Shown: piece after piece, positions 41,133-51,161 of the stretch
How the letters are laid out: the number at the start of each line of letters is the position of its first letter
How positions within the stretch are numbered: position 1 is the first letter of the stretch
Origin: Candidatus Poribacteria bacterium
Lineage (GTDB): Bacteria > Poribacteria > WGA-4E > WGA-3G
DNA: 64,000 nucleotides
NCBI GenBank assembly: GCA_007571305.1
Contig: RKRR01000078.1
Span: forward strand, 19 to 64,018
Direction: 5' to 3'
Notes under the pieces: model-generated
Databases searched by the model: none
What the model was told of the DNA's origin: nothing
What the model saw: only the letters and a program-made list of their open reading frames with translations
Translations under genes and position numbers: made by a program

Positions 41133-42977
41133 GTGAATATTTCAACCCCTACCCTTGAAGAAACCGGTATCGGCTCTATCCACGTTGAAGAACTTCCACC
41201 AATAGAAATAGACGAATCTGAACTTACCTATCACCAACTCTGTCCGGCTGAGGATTTTGAGGAACTGGAAGGCAAACCCTTTCATGTCAACGGCACACAT
41301 CTGGCTGTTTTCAAGACTGATGATAAGTATTACGCCGTTGACAATCGTTGCCCACACATGGGGTATCCGATGTCTAAAGGGAGTGTCCGTGATGGTGTGC
41401 TTATCTGCCATTGGCATCATTGGGAATTCGATCTCAAGTCAGGCGCATGTTTTTTGGCATTTGGGGATGATCTGAAAGCATTTCCTGTTGAAGTGCGGGA
41501 TGATGGCTATTTGTACGTTGGGTTAGCAAAAGGTGAGAAAGAGGCAGCAAAACGGCGAGTCATTGAACGTGGCAAACGCGCACTTGAGCGTGGACTCAAA
41601 GACCGCAGTACCTTCTTTATCGCCAAAGCCGTTACAGCACTTCGTGATGCAGGCGCGGCACCTGCGGAGATTATTCAACAGGGACTCCACTATGGAGCAC
41701 ATAAAAGTAGTGATGGATGGTCGTCAGGTATCGCTATCCTCACACTTGCAGCGAACCTGTGGGATGACATTGACCCGAAAGACCATAATCTGTTTCTCGT
41801 CCACGGATTAAGCCAGATCAGCCGTAGGACAACGGGAAGCTCACGTCCCTACCGCGCACCCTTTCCAAGAGTGAACGAGGAGCACGACTTGGAAACATTG
41901 AAGCGATGGTTCCGTTATTTTGTCGATAAACGCCACGCTGGTGCAGCAGAACGCATTTTGCTAACGCTTAATGATCGAGATTACGATAAATCGGTCATCG
42001 CAGATTTCGTCTACACGGCAGCAACAGACTTCTACTTTACCGGCGATGGGCATGCCCTTGATTTTGCCAACAAAATGTTTGAAGCGTTGGATTACGTCAA
42101 ATGGGAGGGATCGCACGAGATTTTACGCCCGATTGTCGTTGATTTAGTTGGTAGAACACGGCATGAAGAGACATCTCGATGGGCTGATGCTGTACCTGTT
42201 TTGGAGCCTGTCTTTGAGAGACTTGATAGTATGTGGGAAGACAATCAAGCGAACGAAGCAGAACTGGATATTTCGGATTTTACGCAGACACTGCTCGGTG
42301 ACGACTTTGAACCCATTGTCGCGGAGGTTGAGCAGAGCATTCGTAAAGGGGTCAAGCCGACCGATATCTGCCGCGCGATGACCTATGCTTCGGCAGTGCG
42401 TACTGCCCGTTTCCATCTCAAAAACGAGGGGGACTGGCACGATGTCGCGAACATTTACTCGTATGCTCACGCTCTTTATCACGCTTTCCAGTATGCGCCG
42501 AGTGCTCATCTCCTGCGCGGAATCTTTCACGGTGTCGTCTACTTAGCATATCTGCGCTGGTTGAACATGCCTGCTGCTCGCGTTCCCAGACCCGGGCAAC
42601 GGATACCTGATGAAACTTACGACTCCGTTGACAAAATGTTGGATCGACTCCAAGAGTTCGCTGACTTCCAAAAGGTTTATGAGGCGGAAATTCTTGTGAA
42701 TCAGTATCTCGAAGAAGGGCATGATATTGACGCACTGAAACGAGCACTTGCACACATTCTGCTACGTGAAGATGCCGAGCTCCACATGTTCCAAGTCCTC
42801 GAGGTCGCTTTTCGACATTACGAATTGTCAGATGATTTTGAAGAACAACGGATGCATTTGTTGGCAGCGACGCGTTACATCACTGCACAGAAACTGATGA
42901 AGAACATTTTATGGTCTACCGAAAACGCGGAACGGCTTGCTCGAGGCGAATTGCTTAGCGAACGTGAAGATGATTAA
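41133..42977 (+). CDS. Rieske [2Fe-2S] domain protein with long helical C-terminus
   Basis: NRCPHMG...CHWHHWEFD. Confidence 0.85.
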   Translation: MNISTPTLEETGIGSIHVEELPPIEIDESELTYHQLCPAEDFEELEGKPFHVNGTHLAVFKTDDKYYAVDNRCPHMGYPMSKGSVRDGVLICHWHHWEFDLKSGACFLAFGDDLKAFPVEVRDDGYLYVGLAKGEKEAAKRRVIERGKRALERGLKDRSTFFIAKAVTALRDAGAAPAEIIQQGLHYGAHKSSDGWSSGIAILTLAANLWDDIDPKDHNLFLVHGLSQISRRTTGSSRPYRAPFPRVNEEHDLETLKRWFRYFVDKRHAGAAERILLTLNDRDYDKSVIADFVYTAATDFYFTGDGHALDFANKMFEALDYVKWEGSHEILRPIVVDLVGRTRHEETSRWADAVPVLEPVFERLDSMWEDNQANEAELDISDFTQTLLGDDFEPIVAEVEQSIRKGVKPTDICRAMTYASAVRTARFHLKNEGDWHDVANIYSYAHALYHAFQYAPSAHLLRGIFHGVVYLAYLRWLNMPAARVPRPGQRIPDETYDSVDKMLDRLQEFADFQKVYEAEILVNQYLEEGHDIDALKRALAHILLREDAELHMFQVLEVAFRHYELSDDFEEQRMHLLAATRYITAQKLMKNILWSTENAERLARGELLSEREDD

Positions 42978-43191
42978 TGCTTATCAGATCAACCAGTTCG
43001 GAATCACAACCAACTTCCGCTGGTAGGGTTTGAACCCTGCCAGCGGTTGAACTGTAGATGAATTTGTTTGTAGTAGAGCAATTCATCGCCCGTTGCAATG
43101 TGAAATGAATCAATCGATTCCAAGCAAGCCTTAATTTTAGACTGAACAGGCTACTATAGCTACGCAATCCATTGGTGGGCAGGGGCCTCAG

Positions 43192-43851
43192 ATGGGTTAC
43201 AGCAATTTTACCTTACAAACGGTGCAAAAAACCTTCCAACTTGAAACGGTTCACGCTATTGGACTCTTTGCGGACACAGAACCGATAGCCCCCAGTGCCG
43301 CGCTCACGGAGGAGTTGGCGAAAAAGGTGCCCTTAGCCATCGCCATAAGAACCGAGAAAGCCCGTTCAGAACTCATTGTAGCCGGGGTACTCGTTGAACT
43401 TCTTGAACACTTCGATCGCCGCATTAGTTTCTTTTCAGGGATCGAATTCAATGTAGACGCTGATGAAGGATTAACGGGGACTTGCGATTTTCTTGTGAGT
43501 CTTTCACCAAACCAACTGTACTTGGAGGCACCGGTTATTAGCCTCGTAGAAGTGAAGAAAGATGACCCCTTGCTAGGGTTAGGACAGTGCGTCGCAGAGA
43601 TGATCGCAGCGCAACGTTTTAACGCAGAGAGTGGAAATGGCATTCCACATATTTATGGTGCCGCTACCACAGGCACTGAGTGGCATTTCCTCAAATTGGA
43701 GGAAACACGATTGTCTATTGATATGGCAGTTTACCCGATCGCGCAATGCGATAAAATCCTCGGCATCCTTGCGAGCATGGTTGAACAAGCGGGATTCCCC
43801 CTGCTTGCGCGGAATAAAGAGGGAACCTCTCCTCTGCTTGCGGAAGAGTAA
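43192..43851 (+). CDS. Conserved hypothetical protein, PD-(D/E)xK-like fold
   Basis: MGYSNFTL, EKARSELIV, G.CDF, VEVKK, GLGQC.AEM.AA, YG..TTG.EW.F. Confidence 0.75.
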   Translation: MGYSNFTLQTVQKTFQLETVHAIGLFADTEPIAPSAALTEELAKKVPLAIAIRTEKARSELIVAGVLVELLEHFDRRISFFSGIEFNVDADEGLTGTCDFLVSLSPNQLYLEAPVISLVEVKKDDPLLGLGQCVAEMIAAQRFNAESGNGIPHIYGAATTGTEWHFLKLEETRLSIDMAVYPIAQCDKILGILASMVEQAGFPLLARNKEGTSPLLAEE

Positions 43852-43956
43852 AGGGAGGGGTAGGAACAGGTCCAAGGCGCTTGTGTGATAGACGAAATCC
43901 CTACAAGCAGTTGTTTGACAATATCTCAATTACAGCGGGAACTAAAGTAGGATTTC

Positions 43957-45228
43957 ATGAAATTTTCTGTTGAATATGTAAAAGCACTTGAAGCCGTCCC
44001 TAACGCAACAAGGCGAGACTTTCTTGCCAGAGTAGGCAAGAGCGCGCTGTTCGCGAGTTTGGGTATATTTGGTGCAGGATGTGAAGCCGTCGATCGGGGG
44101 CTTTTGGACAGAGGACTCGCACCGATTGTCTTGGCAGACGCGCATGAAGCAGGGCTTCCGAAGCCGGACATGCTTGTCCATTCGGAGACTCCTTTTAACG
44201 GAGAGTTTGCCCCGCACCTTCTCAACGCCGATGTTACACCTACAGAACGCCATTTCGTCCGGAACAACAGCGGTATTCCACAGCGAGCGGTGAACAAGGA
44301 TCTCCATGGGTGGAAACTCGTCATAGACGGTGAGGTTTATAAGGAACTCGCGTTGTCAATGGATGACTTGATGCAGTTTCCCCAGGTCACTATGGAAGTG
44401 GTATTGGAGTGTGCGGGAAACGGGAGAAGCCTATTTGAACCAAAGGTTAGCGGAAACCCATGGCAACGTGGTGCGATCGCCTGTAGTGAATGGACGGGTG
44501 TGCGCTTGCGTGATGTCTTACAAACCGCGGGTTTGAAGCCGACTGCTGTCTATACTGGAAACTACGGAGAGGATATTCCCAATGACGGGAGTGAACCCTT
44601 TTCGCGAGGGATTCCGATTGAGAAGGCGATGGACGAACATACGCTTATCGCTCTTAAGATGAATGGAGAAGTATTGCCAGCCGCCCACGGGTTCCCCGCA
44701 AGATTGATTGTCCCCGGATGGATCGGCAGTGCAATGCAGAAATGGCTCCACCGCATCTGGGTGAGGGATAGAGTTCACGACTCGAAAAAAATGAGCGGAT
44801 ATTCCTATCGCATTCCAACTTACCCAATAACACCCGGCGATGAACCTCCAGTTGAAGATATGCGCATCGCGACTGCATGGCGGGTTAAGTCGCTCATTAC
44901 CCTTCCCGAACCGCATCTGGAATTCAGGACAGGCACCCCAATACAGGTGAGAGGACACGCATGGGCAGGTGAAAATCACATCGATAAGGTCCTTGTCTCA
45001 AGCGATTTCGGTGTCCAATGGCAGGAGACTCTATTGATTCAGCCGTCGAATAGATATGCTTGGTATCATTGGGAAACCGAACTCATGCTTTCAAATAGAG
45101 GCTACTATGAAATATGGGCCCGTGCTTATGACGATACTGGTGCCTCGCAGCCTTTCACACAACCTTGGAATCCCAAAGGTTATCTTGGGAATGTCATTCA
45201 TAGAGTGCCTATCACGGTAGCCGCCTAA
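43957..45228 (+). CDS. Sulfite oxidase-family molybdoenzyme (SorA/SoxC-like), Tat-exported
   Basis: TRRDFL twin-arginine motif; FVRN, LECAGNGR, WTGVRL, HGFPARLIVPGW.G...KW. Confidence 0.92.
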   Translation: MKFSVEYVKALEAVPNATRRDFLARVGKSALFASLGIFGAGCEAVDRGLLDRGLAPIVLADAHEAGLPKPDMLVHSETPFNGEFAPHLLNADVTPTERHFVRNNSGIPQRAVNKDLHGWKLVIDGEVYKELALSMDDLMQFPQVTMEVVLECAGNGRSLFEPKVSGNPWQRGAIACSEWTGVRLRDVLQTAGLKPTAVYTGNYGEDIPNDGSEPFSRGIPIEKAMDEHTLIALKMNGEVLPAAHGFPARLIVPGWIGSAMQKWLHRIWVRDRVHDSKKMSGYSYRIPTYPITPGDEPPVEDMRIATAWRVKSLITLPEPHLEFRTGTPIQVRGHAWAGENHIDKVLVSSDFGVQWQETLLIQPSNRYAWYHWETELMLSNRGYYEIWARAYDDTGASQPFTQPWNPKGYLGNVIHRVPITVAA

Positions 45229-45407
45229 ACAGTTTTTTTAATCATTGGGTTTTCGCACTGCGCTCCGCTTACGCGCAGGTTTAAGGTATAATTCAACTAC
45301 GCAGTAAGTAGTTTCGGACATAGAAAAAGTGCTGTAACTCCACGTGACACGGGCTTTTTCGCTTGGCAAATTTATGTAAATCCGGAGGTTCTGCTTATTG
45401 CAACTTG

Positions 45408-45560
45408 CACCTTGACGATGCAACGAACGATGCCATTACGGTCTATCCCAAAGATGCAACCGATCAGTCGAGTTTCTTCGCTGAAATCCAAGATATAGTT
45501 GTCTTGGTCGAACCCGCTGGGAAATTGACAACAACTTAGGCAGACATCAAACAGCAATAG
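45408..45560 (+). pseudogene. 3' remnant of a secreted protein with the KLTTTW tail (W changed to stop)
   Basis: Reads HLDDATNDAITVYPKD...VVLVEPAGKLTTT*ADIKQQ*. Confidence 0.65.
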
Positions 45561-45783
45561 ATTCGTATTGTTTATTATATGGGGGTTTCATGCCCTCTTA
45601 CACACGGTGGATTGTCACATCCCTATGTATGACAATCCACCATATTTTTTTCATCCTCATCGCACTTGTCTGTAAGAAGGAACTTCGCCTTAAAGTCTCC
45701 ATGGCAAGGGAGATGTAGGGAGCCTGTCTGCTATTCCGCCGGATTTGTTTGCAAACCGCAAAAGTTTCTGCTATAATGGGACT

Positions 45784-46413
45784 ATGTTGAACAAAATGCT
45801 CTGTTGCTCTCTTATGACTGTTTTCGTTGCTGTCCTCGTCGGATGGATAGGCGGTTGGAGCCGCGCCGTGAAAGTCGGAAACGAGGCGTATTTTCGCGGA
45901 AACTACGACGAAGCACAAGCCGCTTTTCAACAGGCAACGCTTGACAAACCTGACAATCCCGTTGTACACTATAACTTAGGGACTGCACTCTATAGACAAG
46001 GCAACTTTCGAGAGGCAGCGCGGACATTTCAGACATCACTCTCAAGGCATTCCGAGCAAATCGAAGATATTCTCAATCTATCAAGCATCTTGTATAATTT
46101 AGGAAACGCCCAATTTAAAGTCGGCGACCTCACAGACGCAATTTCTTCTTACAAGGAAGCCCTCCACTTGGACCCGGGAGATGCTGATATCCAATATAAC
46201 CTCACATTGGCACTCCAACTCTTAAGACAGCAGGAAGACCTTGCACAACAGCTGGTAAATAAAAGCACTGCTCCGAAAACCGAGTCGGACGACATTGGCA
46301 GAGCGGAAACACTTCGACTCTTAGAACGTTTCAGTGAGAATGAAAATAGACTACGGCGAAAATTACTACAACAACAGCGCAAAAGTGGATATCGGCGTGA
46401 AAAGGATTGGTAA
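45784..46413 (+). CDS. TPR protein (BatC-like)
   Basis: GNEAYF.GNY, YNLGTALY, YNLGNA, IQYNL.LA, C-terminal EKDW. Confidence 0.85.
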   Translation: MLNKMLCCSLMTVFVAVLVGWIGGWSRAVKVGNEAYFRGNYDEAQAAFQQATLDKPDNPVVHYNLGTALYRQGNFREAARTFQTSLSRHSEQIEDILNLSSILYNLGNAQFKVGDLTDAISSYKEALHLDPGDADIQYNLTLALQLLRQQEDLAQQLVNKSTAPKTESDDIGRAETLRLLERFSENENRLRRKLLQQQRKSGYRREKDW

Positions 46414-48139
46414 ACTGTTTAACCAAATCTCTGCGGCTGCTTTCGTGTGTTTTCCCTTGATGCTTTTTCCATCTCTCGCTACTGCCCAAGGAATATTGAA
46501 GCGAGAGTCTCCACAACCTGCTATCAACGTCGCTGCCGTGGTGAGCCCTCGGCACATCCAATTTGGAGAAAAAGCGAGGTTGGACCTCACAATTTCAGGG
46601 GAGACCTTTATCAAGCATATTGAAGCACCACAGTTCAGTTTCCTACCGGCCTTCCTCGCAGTGCCACTGCATTCCAAAGCAACACCACGGTTGGAAGAGA
46701 ACAAAATTGCGGTTTCTATAGCGTGGGCTTATGAATTGATCCCACAAGCTATCGGCGACTTCGCTCTATCCGATATCCGTTTTGCATATCAAGGTACTCC
46801 CTATTTCGCAAATCCAGGCTCGATTCGGGTGAGCGGTACCGACACCTATGTAGATAGCTCAACCAATGCCATTCATCGAATTGGAGCAGAGGTTGATACA
46901 TCTGAACCGTATCTCAATGCCCCGCTGACCTACACTTTCCGCTATCTTTATACAGCGGTGCTGCCAACTCGAGAGTCCCCAACCCCACGGCTCCCGACAT
47001 TCCGGGATTTCTTCGTTGAGGCACTTCAAAAGTCTGCCACCTACACACAGCAAATTCGCGGACAGACATTTTGGGTCGAAGCCTACACACATAAGTTATA
47101 TCCAAAGATAGCTGGGCAGATCGTTCTTGCTCCTGCTGAACTACTACTCCCCCTCCCGCAAGGCCACAAAACCTTGAAAACCAAACCCTTGTCCTTGACG
47201 GTGCAACCGATTCCCGAAACAGGCAGACCGCCTCACTTCGACGGTGCTATCGGTGAATATCAAATTTCCGCTGAAATTGAGAAGGGTTGGATTGCAGCAG
47301 GACGCGCGCTAACGCTGACTGTTCGTATCTCCGGACACGGCAATCTCCAGACCGTCACACCCCCCATGCTGCCCAGTATTGCCGGGGTCCTGGTGAGCGG
47401 TCCCAATTTGCTTGAAGTGACACCAACGAGCCGCGCTTACGTATACGCCCTAACCCCTGCCAGAATCGGGATATTCCGCATTCCAGCGATTGAATACGTC
47501 TACTTCGATCCGATCCGTGCGGTTTATGCAACGACGCAGACCCAGCTTATTCCTGTCTCCGTGCGGCCGCATCCAAATGATCCAGTTGAAGATGAGACCG
47601 GTAGTTCACCGTGGTTACCCTGGTTCATCCTCTCGGCAGTTCTGATAGTAGTATTGGCGGTAGCAGGCTATCTCTGGCACCGCACCGGATTTGTGATACC
47701 AATGCGAGGGAAGCCCAAGGCAAAGACCGGAGCGGATACGCCTGACAGGGGAGGACGGAAAAATAGAAAAATACAGGATACAGATATAGCACCCGTAACA
47801 CCGGTTTCACAAGCCCGTGGAGCACTTTCTACTCTCGTAAATAGCGACACCACAGAAAATGCAACAACATTCGCGAATACGCTTGCCCATGTGCTATATC
47901 AGTATCTTGAGGATATATTCGACTTGTCGCAGCGGAATATTGATACAGCGCGCGAGGTATGCATGCACGCCGGAATCTCCGAATCTATTTTTAGTGAGTT
48001 TATTGACCTTCTCCTGAAGTGTGATTACCACCGATTCGCCCCCGTGCCGCTGTCCGTGGACGAACGAAATGCATTGATCGCTCGCGCCGAGACGGTTATT
48101 AACGAAATTGAAACCTCTCAGAATACTCAAGACACGTAG
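46397..48139 (+). CDS. BatD-like protein
   Basis: Ig-like repeats, F.GAIG.Y, ISGHGNL, IPAIEY.YFDP....Y, TM helix; follows the BatC-like gene. Confidence 0.82.
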   Translation: MKRIGKLFNQISAAAFVCFPLMLFPSLATAQGILKRESPQPAINVAAVVSPRHIQFGEKARLDLTISGETFIKHIEAPQFSFLPAFLAVPLHSKATPRLEENKIAVSIAWAYELIPQAIGDFALSDIRFAYQGTPYFANPGSIRVSGTDTYVDSSTNAIHRIGAEVDTSEPYLNAPLTYTFRYLYTAVLPTRESPTPRLPTFRDFFVEALQKSATYTQQIRGQTFWVEAYTHKLYPKIAGQIVLAPAELLLPLPQGHKTLKTKPLSLTVQPIPETGRPPHFDGAIGEYQISAEIEKGWIAAGRALTLTVRISGHGNLQTVTPPMLPSIAGVLVSGPNLLEVTPTSRAYVYALTPARIGIFRIPAIEYVYFDPIRAVYATTQTQLIPVSVRPHPNDPVEDETGSSPWLPWFILSAVLIVVLAVAGYLWHRTGFVIPMRGKPKAKTGADTPDRGGRKNRKIQDTDIAPVTPVSQARGALSTLVNSDTTENATTFANTLAHVLYQYLEDIFDLSQRNIDTAREVCMHAGISESIFSEFIDLLLKCDYHRFAPVPLSVDERNALIARAETVINEIETSQNTQDT

Positions 48140-48320
48140 TGGTTTATTTACCGTTGAATCATCAGAACGCGGGTTCGTAGGGGCGAGGTGACCTCGCCCG
48201 GTGTGTTGGAAAACACAGTCTGTAAGCGAAGCAGAGGGCGGATTTGAGGAGTTGATCTCAAAGTCTTAGCTCACGTCGTTCTCCCGCAAGGTAAAATTTA
48301 AAAAAAGGAGTCATAGAAAA

Positions 48321-48827
48321 ATGGATATATTTTGGCTTTTCGTTCGTTGGCTACATGTTATCGCCGCTGTCGTATGGATCGGCGGCAATATGATTTTAGC
48401 GATGGTAATCGTCCCTCACTTCAGGCAAAGTCTGCCACCTGTCCAACGCATTCAACTCTTAACGCAGATAGGGAAACGATTTGAGCCTATCGTATGGGGG
48501 TGCATCGGTGTACTATTTTTTACGGGCATTGTCAATCTCTTCGATGCCCTCGACCTCACTTCCCTCGCCCCAATTTCCAGTGCGTTTATGCGGACGTTCA
48601 TCATCAAAATCGGACTTTTCTTTCTACTGATTATCCTGACGGTATTGCACAGTATGATTTTCGCACCACGACTGGCAGCAGCAATTGAGACATTAGACCC
48701 CACACTTGAGGAGCTCCCGCCGGAAGTAAAGCCCCTCCGTTCCCAGATGTCAGTAATATCGAGTTTGATGGGAGTCATATCACTGCTAATCCTACTCGCC
48801 GCTGTCGCTCTTCGGATGGGTATCTAA
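48321..48827 (+). CDS. CopD/DUF4149-like membrane protein
   Basis: WLHVIAAVVWIGG; four TM helices; LH..IFAPR. Confidence 0.75.
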   Translation: MDIFWLFVRWLHVIAAVVWIGGNMILAMVIVPHFRQSLPPVQRIQLLTQIGKRFEPIVWGCIGVLFFTGIVNLFDALDLTSLAPISSAFMRTFIIKIGLFFLLIILTVLHSMIFAPRLAAAIETLDPTLEELPPEVKPLRSQMSVISSLMGVISLLILLAAVALRMGI

Positions 48828-48949
48828 CTTTGTAGGGGTAACCATGCATGTCAAAAGGGTATTTATTTTTCTTCGGTATCGTAGGGGCGAGGTTCCTTTG
48901 CCAATGAACCATCGAACGCATCTCTGCTTTAAGGAATAGAGAAAATTCT

Positions 48950-49702
48950 ATGCGAATCAAAATTTTCGCCGATGTTGGTGATGGACTCACCCTTTCTATT
49001 AACTACAACCATCTGCTTGCAGGCGTAATTTACCGTTTCCTCGCCGAATCCGATCCCGAATATGCTACCTTCTTACACAATAAAGGCTATGCTGTGGCAG
49101 GGAAACATTTCAAGCTCTTCACTTTCTCGCAGCTCATGGCAGAACGTAGACGCATCATCGGCAATAAAATCCGTTTCCGTTCAACCTTAACCTGGTTCGT
49201 TTCTTCGCCAATAGAACGTTTCCTCTCCCATTTTGCTGATACACGCTTAACCGAGGGCCAGCTATCCCTTGGGCACCACCACTTACCAGTCAAGGATGTC
49301 ACCGTACCACGCATTCCTCACTTCCAATCTGAAATGCATTTCCGGTGCCTCTCACCGATTGTGATGTCCACTGTCCGCAACCGCGATGGAAAACAGGCAA
49401 TGCACTACTGCCTACCTGATGATCCTGCTTTCTCCAAACTCATCCGTCACAACCTAACCCGAAAACATACAGCAATCCACGGACATGCTCCACATGACGA
49501 CACTTTGACATTTGCCTTTGATAAAAACTATATCAATCGGAAACAAGGACGCGTCACTCGCCTAACAGACTACAAGGGCATCAAAATACGAGGAATATTG
49601 TGCCCATTCCGTGTAACCGGTAGCCCAGCACTTATTCAGGTTGGGTATGAATGTGGGGTTGGAGATAAAAACAGTGCCGGTTTCGGTATGGTTGAGGTTT
49701 AG
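48950..49702 (+). CDS. cas6: CRISPR-associated endoribonuclease Cas6 (orphan)
   Basis: NYNH.L.G.IY, FLHNKGY, FKLFTFS, LSPIV, C-terminal G-loop GVGDKNSAGFGMV. Confidence 0.93.
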   Translation: MRIKIFADVGDGLTLSINYNHLLAGVIYRFLAESDPEYATFLHNKGYAVAGKHFKLFTFSQLMAERRRIIGNKIRFRSTLTWFVSSPIERFLSHFADTRLTEGQLSLGHHHLPVKDVTVPRIPHFQSEMHFRCLSPIVMSTVRNRDGKQAMHYCLPDDPAFSKLIRHNLTRKHTAIHGHAPHDDTLTFAFDKNYINRKQGRVTRLTDYKGIKIRGILCPFRVTGSPALIQVGYECGVGDKNSAGFGMVEV

Positions 49703-49863
49703 ATGCCTGATACACCGTATCAATTGTAGGAGAAACTCCGATTCCTCACCTATAGTTTTGTTGTAGGAAGCGTTTCCAAATCCCAACAAATCCGCGTAGG
49801 AGCGTCCTCCTGGGATCGACTTTTTAATTTGATAGCAAAACGAATGTATCCTATACTTTGAAA

Positions 49864-50023
49864 TAACCTAAGTTGCCACCTTATCGCATAACCTGTTAGG
49901 GTGTGCAGCTTCGGGCGCAAGAAACCAAGATTTCCTACGCTACGAAATGCTGCGGATCCTGAACGTTTTCACTGAAACATAGCAGATGCATTTCTAAAAT
50001 TGTGTCTGTAGCAACTTAGGTTA
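49864..50023. mobile_element. MITE family A
   Basis: TAACCTAAGTTGC...GCAACTTAGGTTA TIRs; internal REP pair. Confidence 0.82.
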
Positions 50024-50079
50024 TATTACGAAATGATCCCTCTGGTGTGACCCATAAAAAGAAAGTAGGGTCGAGATGA

Positions 50080-50205
50080 TTGCACAAATTTGGGCATTTC
50101 TCAGTAATGTCTGCCCTATTTGGTGCAGTGTTTTCCAAGTATTACTGCTAAAGACTGTCTAATCTCACATTTAGCACACTGTCTCTGATTGGCACATAAA
50201 TTGCT
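50080..50205 (+). promoter_or_regulatory. Sigma-54 promoter with NtrC-like upstream sites
   Basis: TTGGCACATAAATTGCT at 50189-50205; TGCACAAATTTGGGCA and TGCCCTATTTGGTGCA upstream. Confidence 0.72.
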
Positions 50206-50259
50206 CACTGCTTATTATTATGTCTGCTATTTCAAGGCAACCTATATTAGGAGGAAAAC

Positions 50260-51078
50260 ATGACACGATTATCCATCTGGACCATTTTCTTCAGCGTTGT
50301 TATTTTGTTAGCGACGACCTACGCGAATGCTGGGCTTGATGGGAGACTTGTCTTTTATCTGAGCTTTGACAACACTAAAGGGCAAACGATTGGTGATACT
50401 TCCAGCAACGGTCTTGATGCAGAGATCATTGAGAATGCCAAGATTGTGAAGGGCAAATATGGGGAAGCGATTCATATTACGAACAACGGACAGGATTGCG
50501 TCAGTATCTCTTCTCACGAAAAGTTAAAATTCACAGATGAAATAACAATGACAGCATGGATCCACTCTCAAGAAACGTGGGAAGGCAAGAAGGTGCATTG
50601 GATAGATAAAGGGTGTCATTGGTTTGAAGTCGAGTGGGGAGCCTCTTATGGCATCGGTAGTATCGATATCGGTAACGGACCAGAGATATGGTTGTTTTTG
50701 GGGGCGCGGGATGACCGCGGGATTTCGGATCGGCAAGAATTCATCGTTCCGCATGAGATGCAGGAGAAAAGGTGGCATCATATTGCGGGAAGTTACGACG
50801 GAAAAACGATGAAAATCTATTTAGATGGTGATGTCATGGGCGAAGAAAGAAGGGAATTCAACTTCTCTGGCGATAATATCGCAAGTGTCTGGATAGGATG
50901 TGCAAGAAACAAATACGCATTTGTCAATGGCACCATTGATGAAGCTGCGGTCTGGCGACGGGCACTCAGCGAAACCGAAATCAAACAAGCAATGTCGGGA
51001 AACTTTCTCGCTGTTTCACTGACCGATAAAGTAGCAACGACTTGGGCGAATCTCAAAGCAACGTTTGTATACCCATGA
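50260..51078 (+). CDS. Secreted LamG/concanavalin-like domain protein
   Basis: GKYGEA, ITMTAWI, WHHIAGSYDG....IYLDG, G.IDEAAVW.RALS; tail DKVATTWANLK. Confidence 0.9.
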   Translation: MTRLSIWTIFFSVVILLATTYANAGLDGRLVFYLSFDNTKGQTIGDTSSNGLDAEIIENAKIVKGKYGEAIHITNNGQDCVSISSHEKLKFTDEITMTAWIHSQETWEGKKVHWIDKGCHWFEVEWGASYGIGSIDIGNGPEIWLFLGARDDRGISDRQEFIVPHEMQEKRWHHIAGSYDGKTMKIYLDGDVMGEERREFNFSGDNIASVWIGCARNKYAFVNGTIDEAAVWRRALSETEIKQAMSGNFLAVSLTDKVATTWANLKATFVYP

Positions 51079-51161
51079 GAGAAGGTCGATGTTCCAGTTT
51101 TCTCAAAATAATGCAACCTTTTAAGACCTCAATTACGTCCCCTAAATCACAGGAATTTTTT

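Noticed and set aside
49703-49830. Possible CRISPR array next to cas6
   Set aside because: Units share only GTAGGA and loose hairpins, with no identical 23-47 nt repeats and unique spacers; they fit REPs better
50171-50200. TTAGCAC CIRCE-like half site
   Set aside because: No matching GAGTGCTAA half, and not upstream of a chaperone gene
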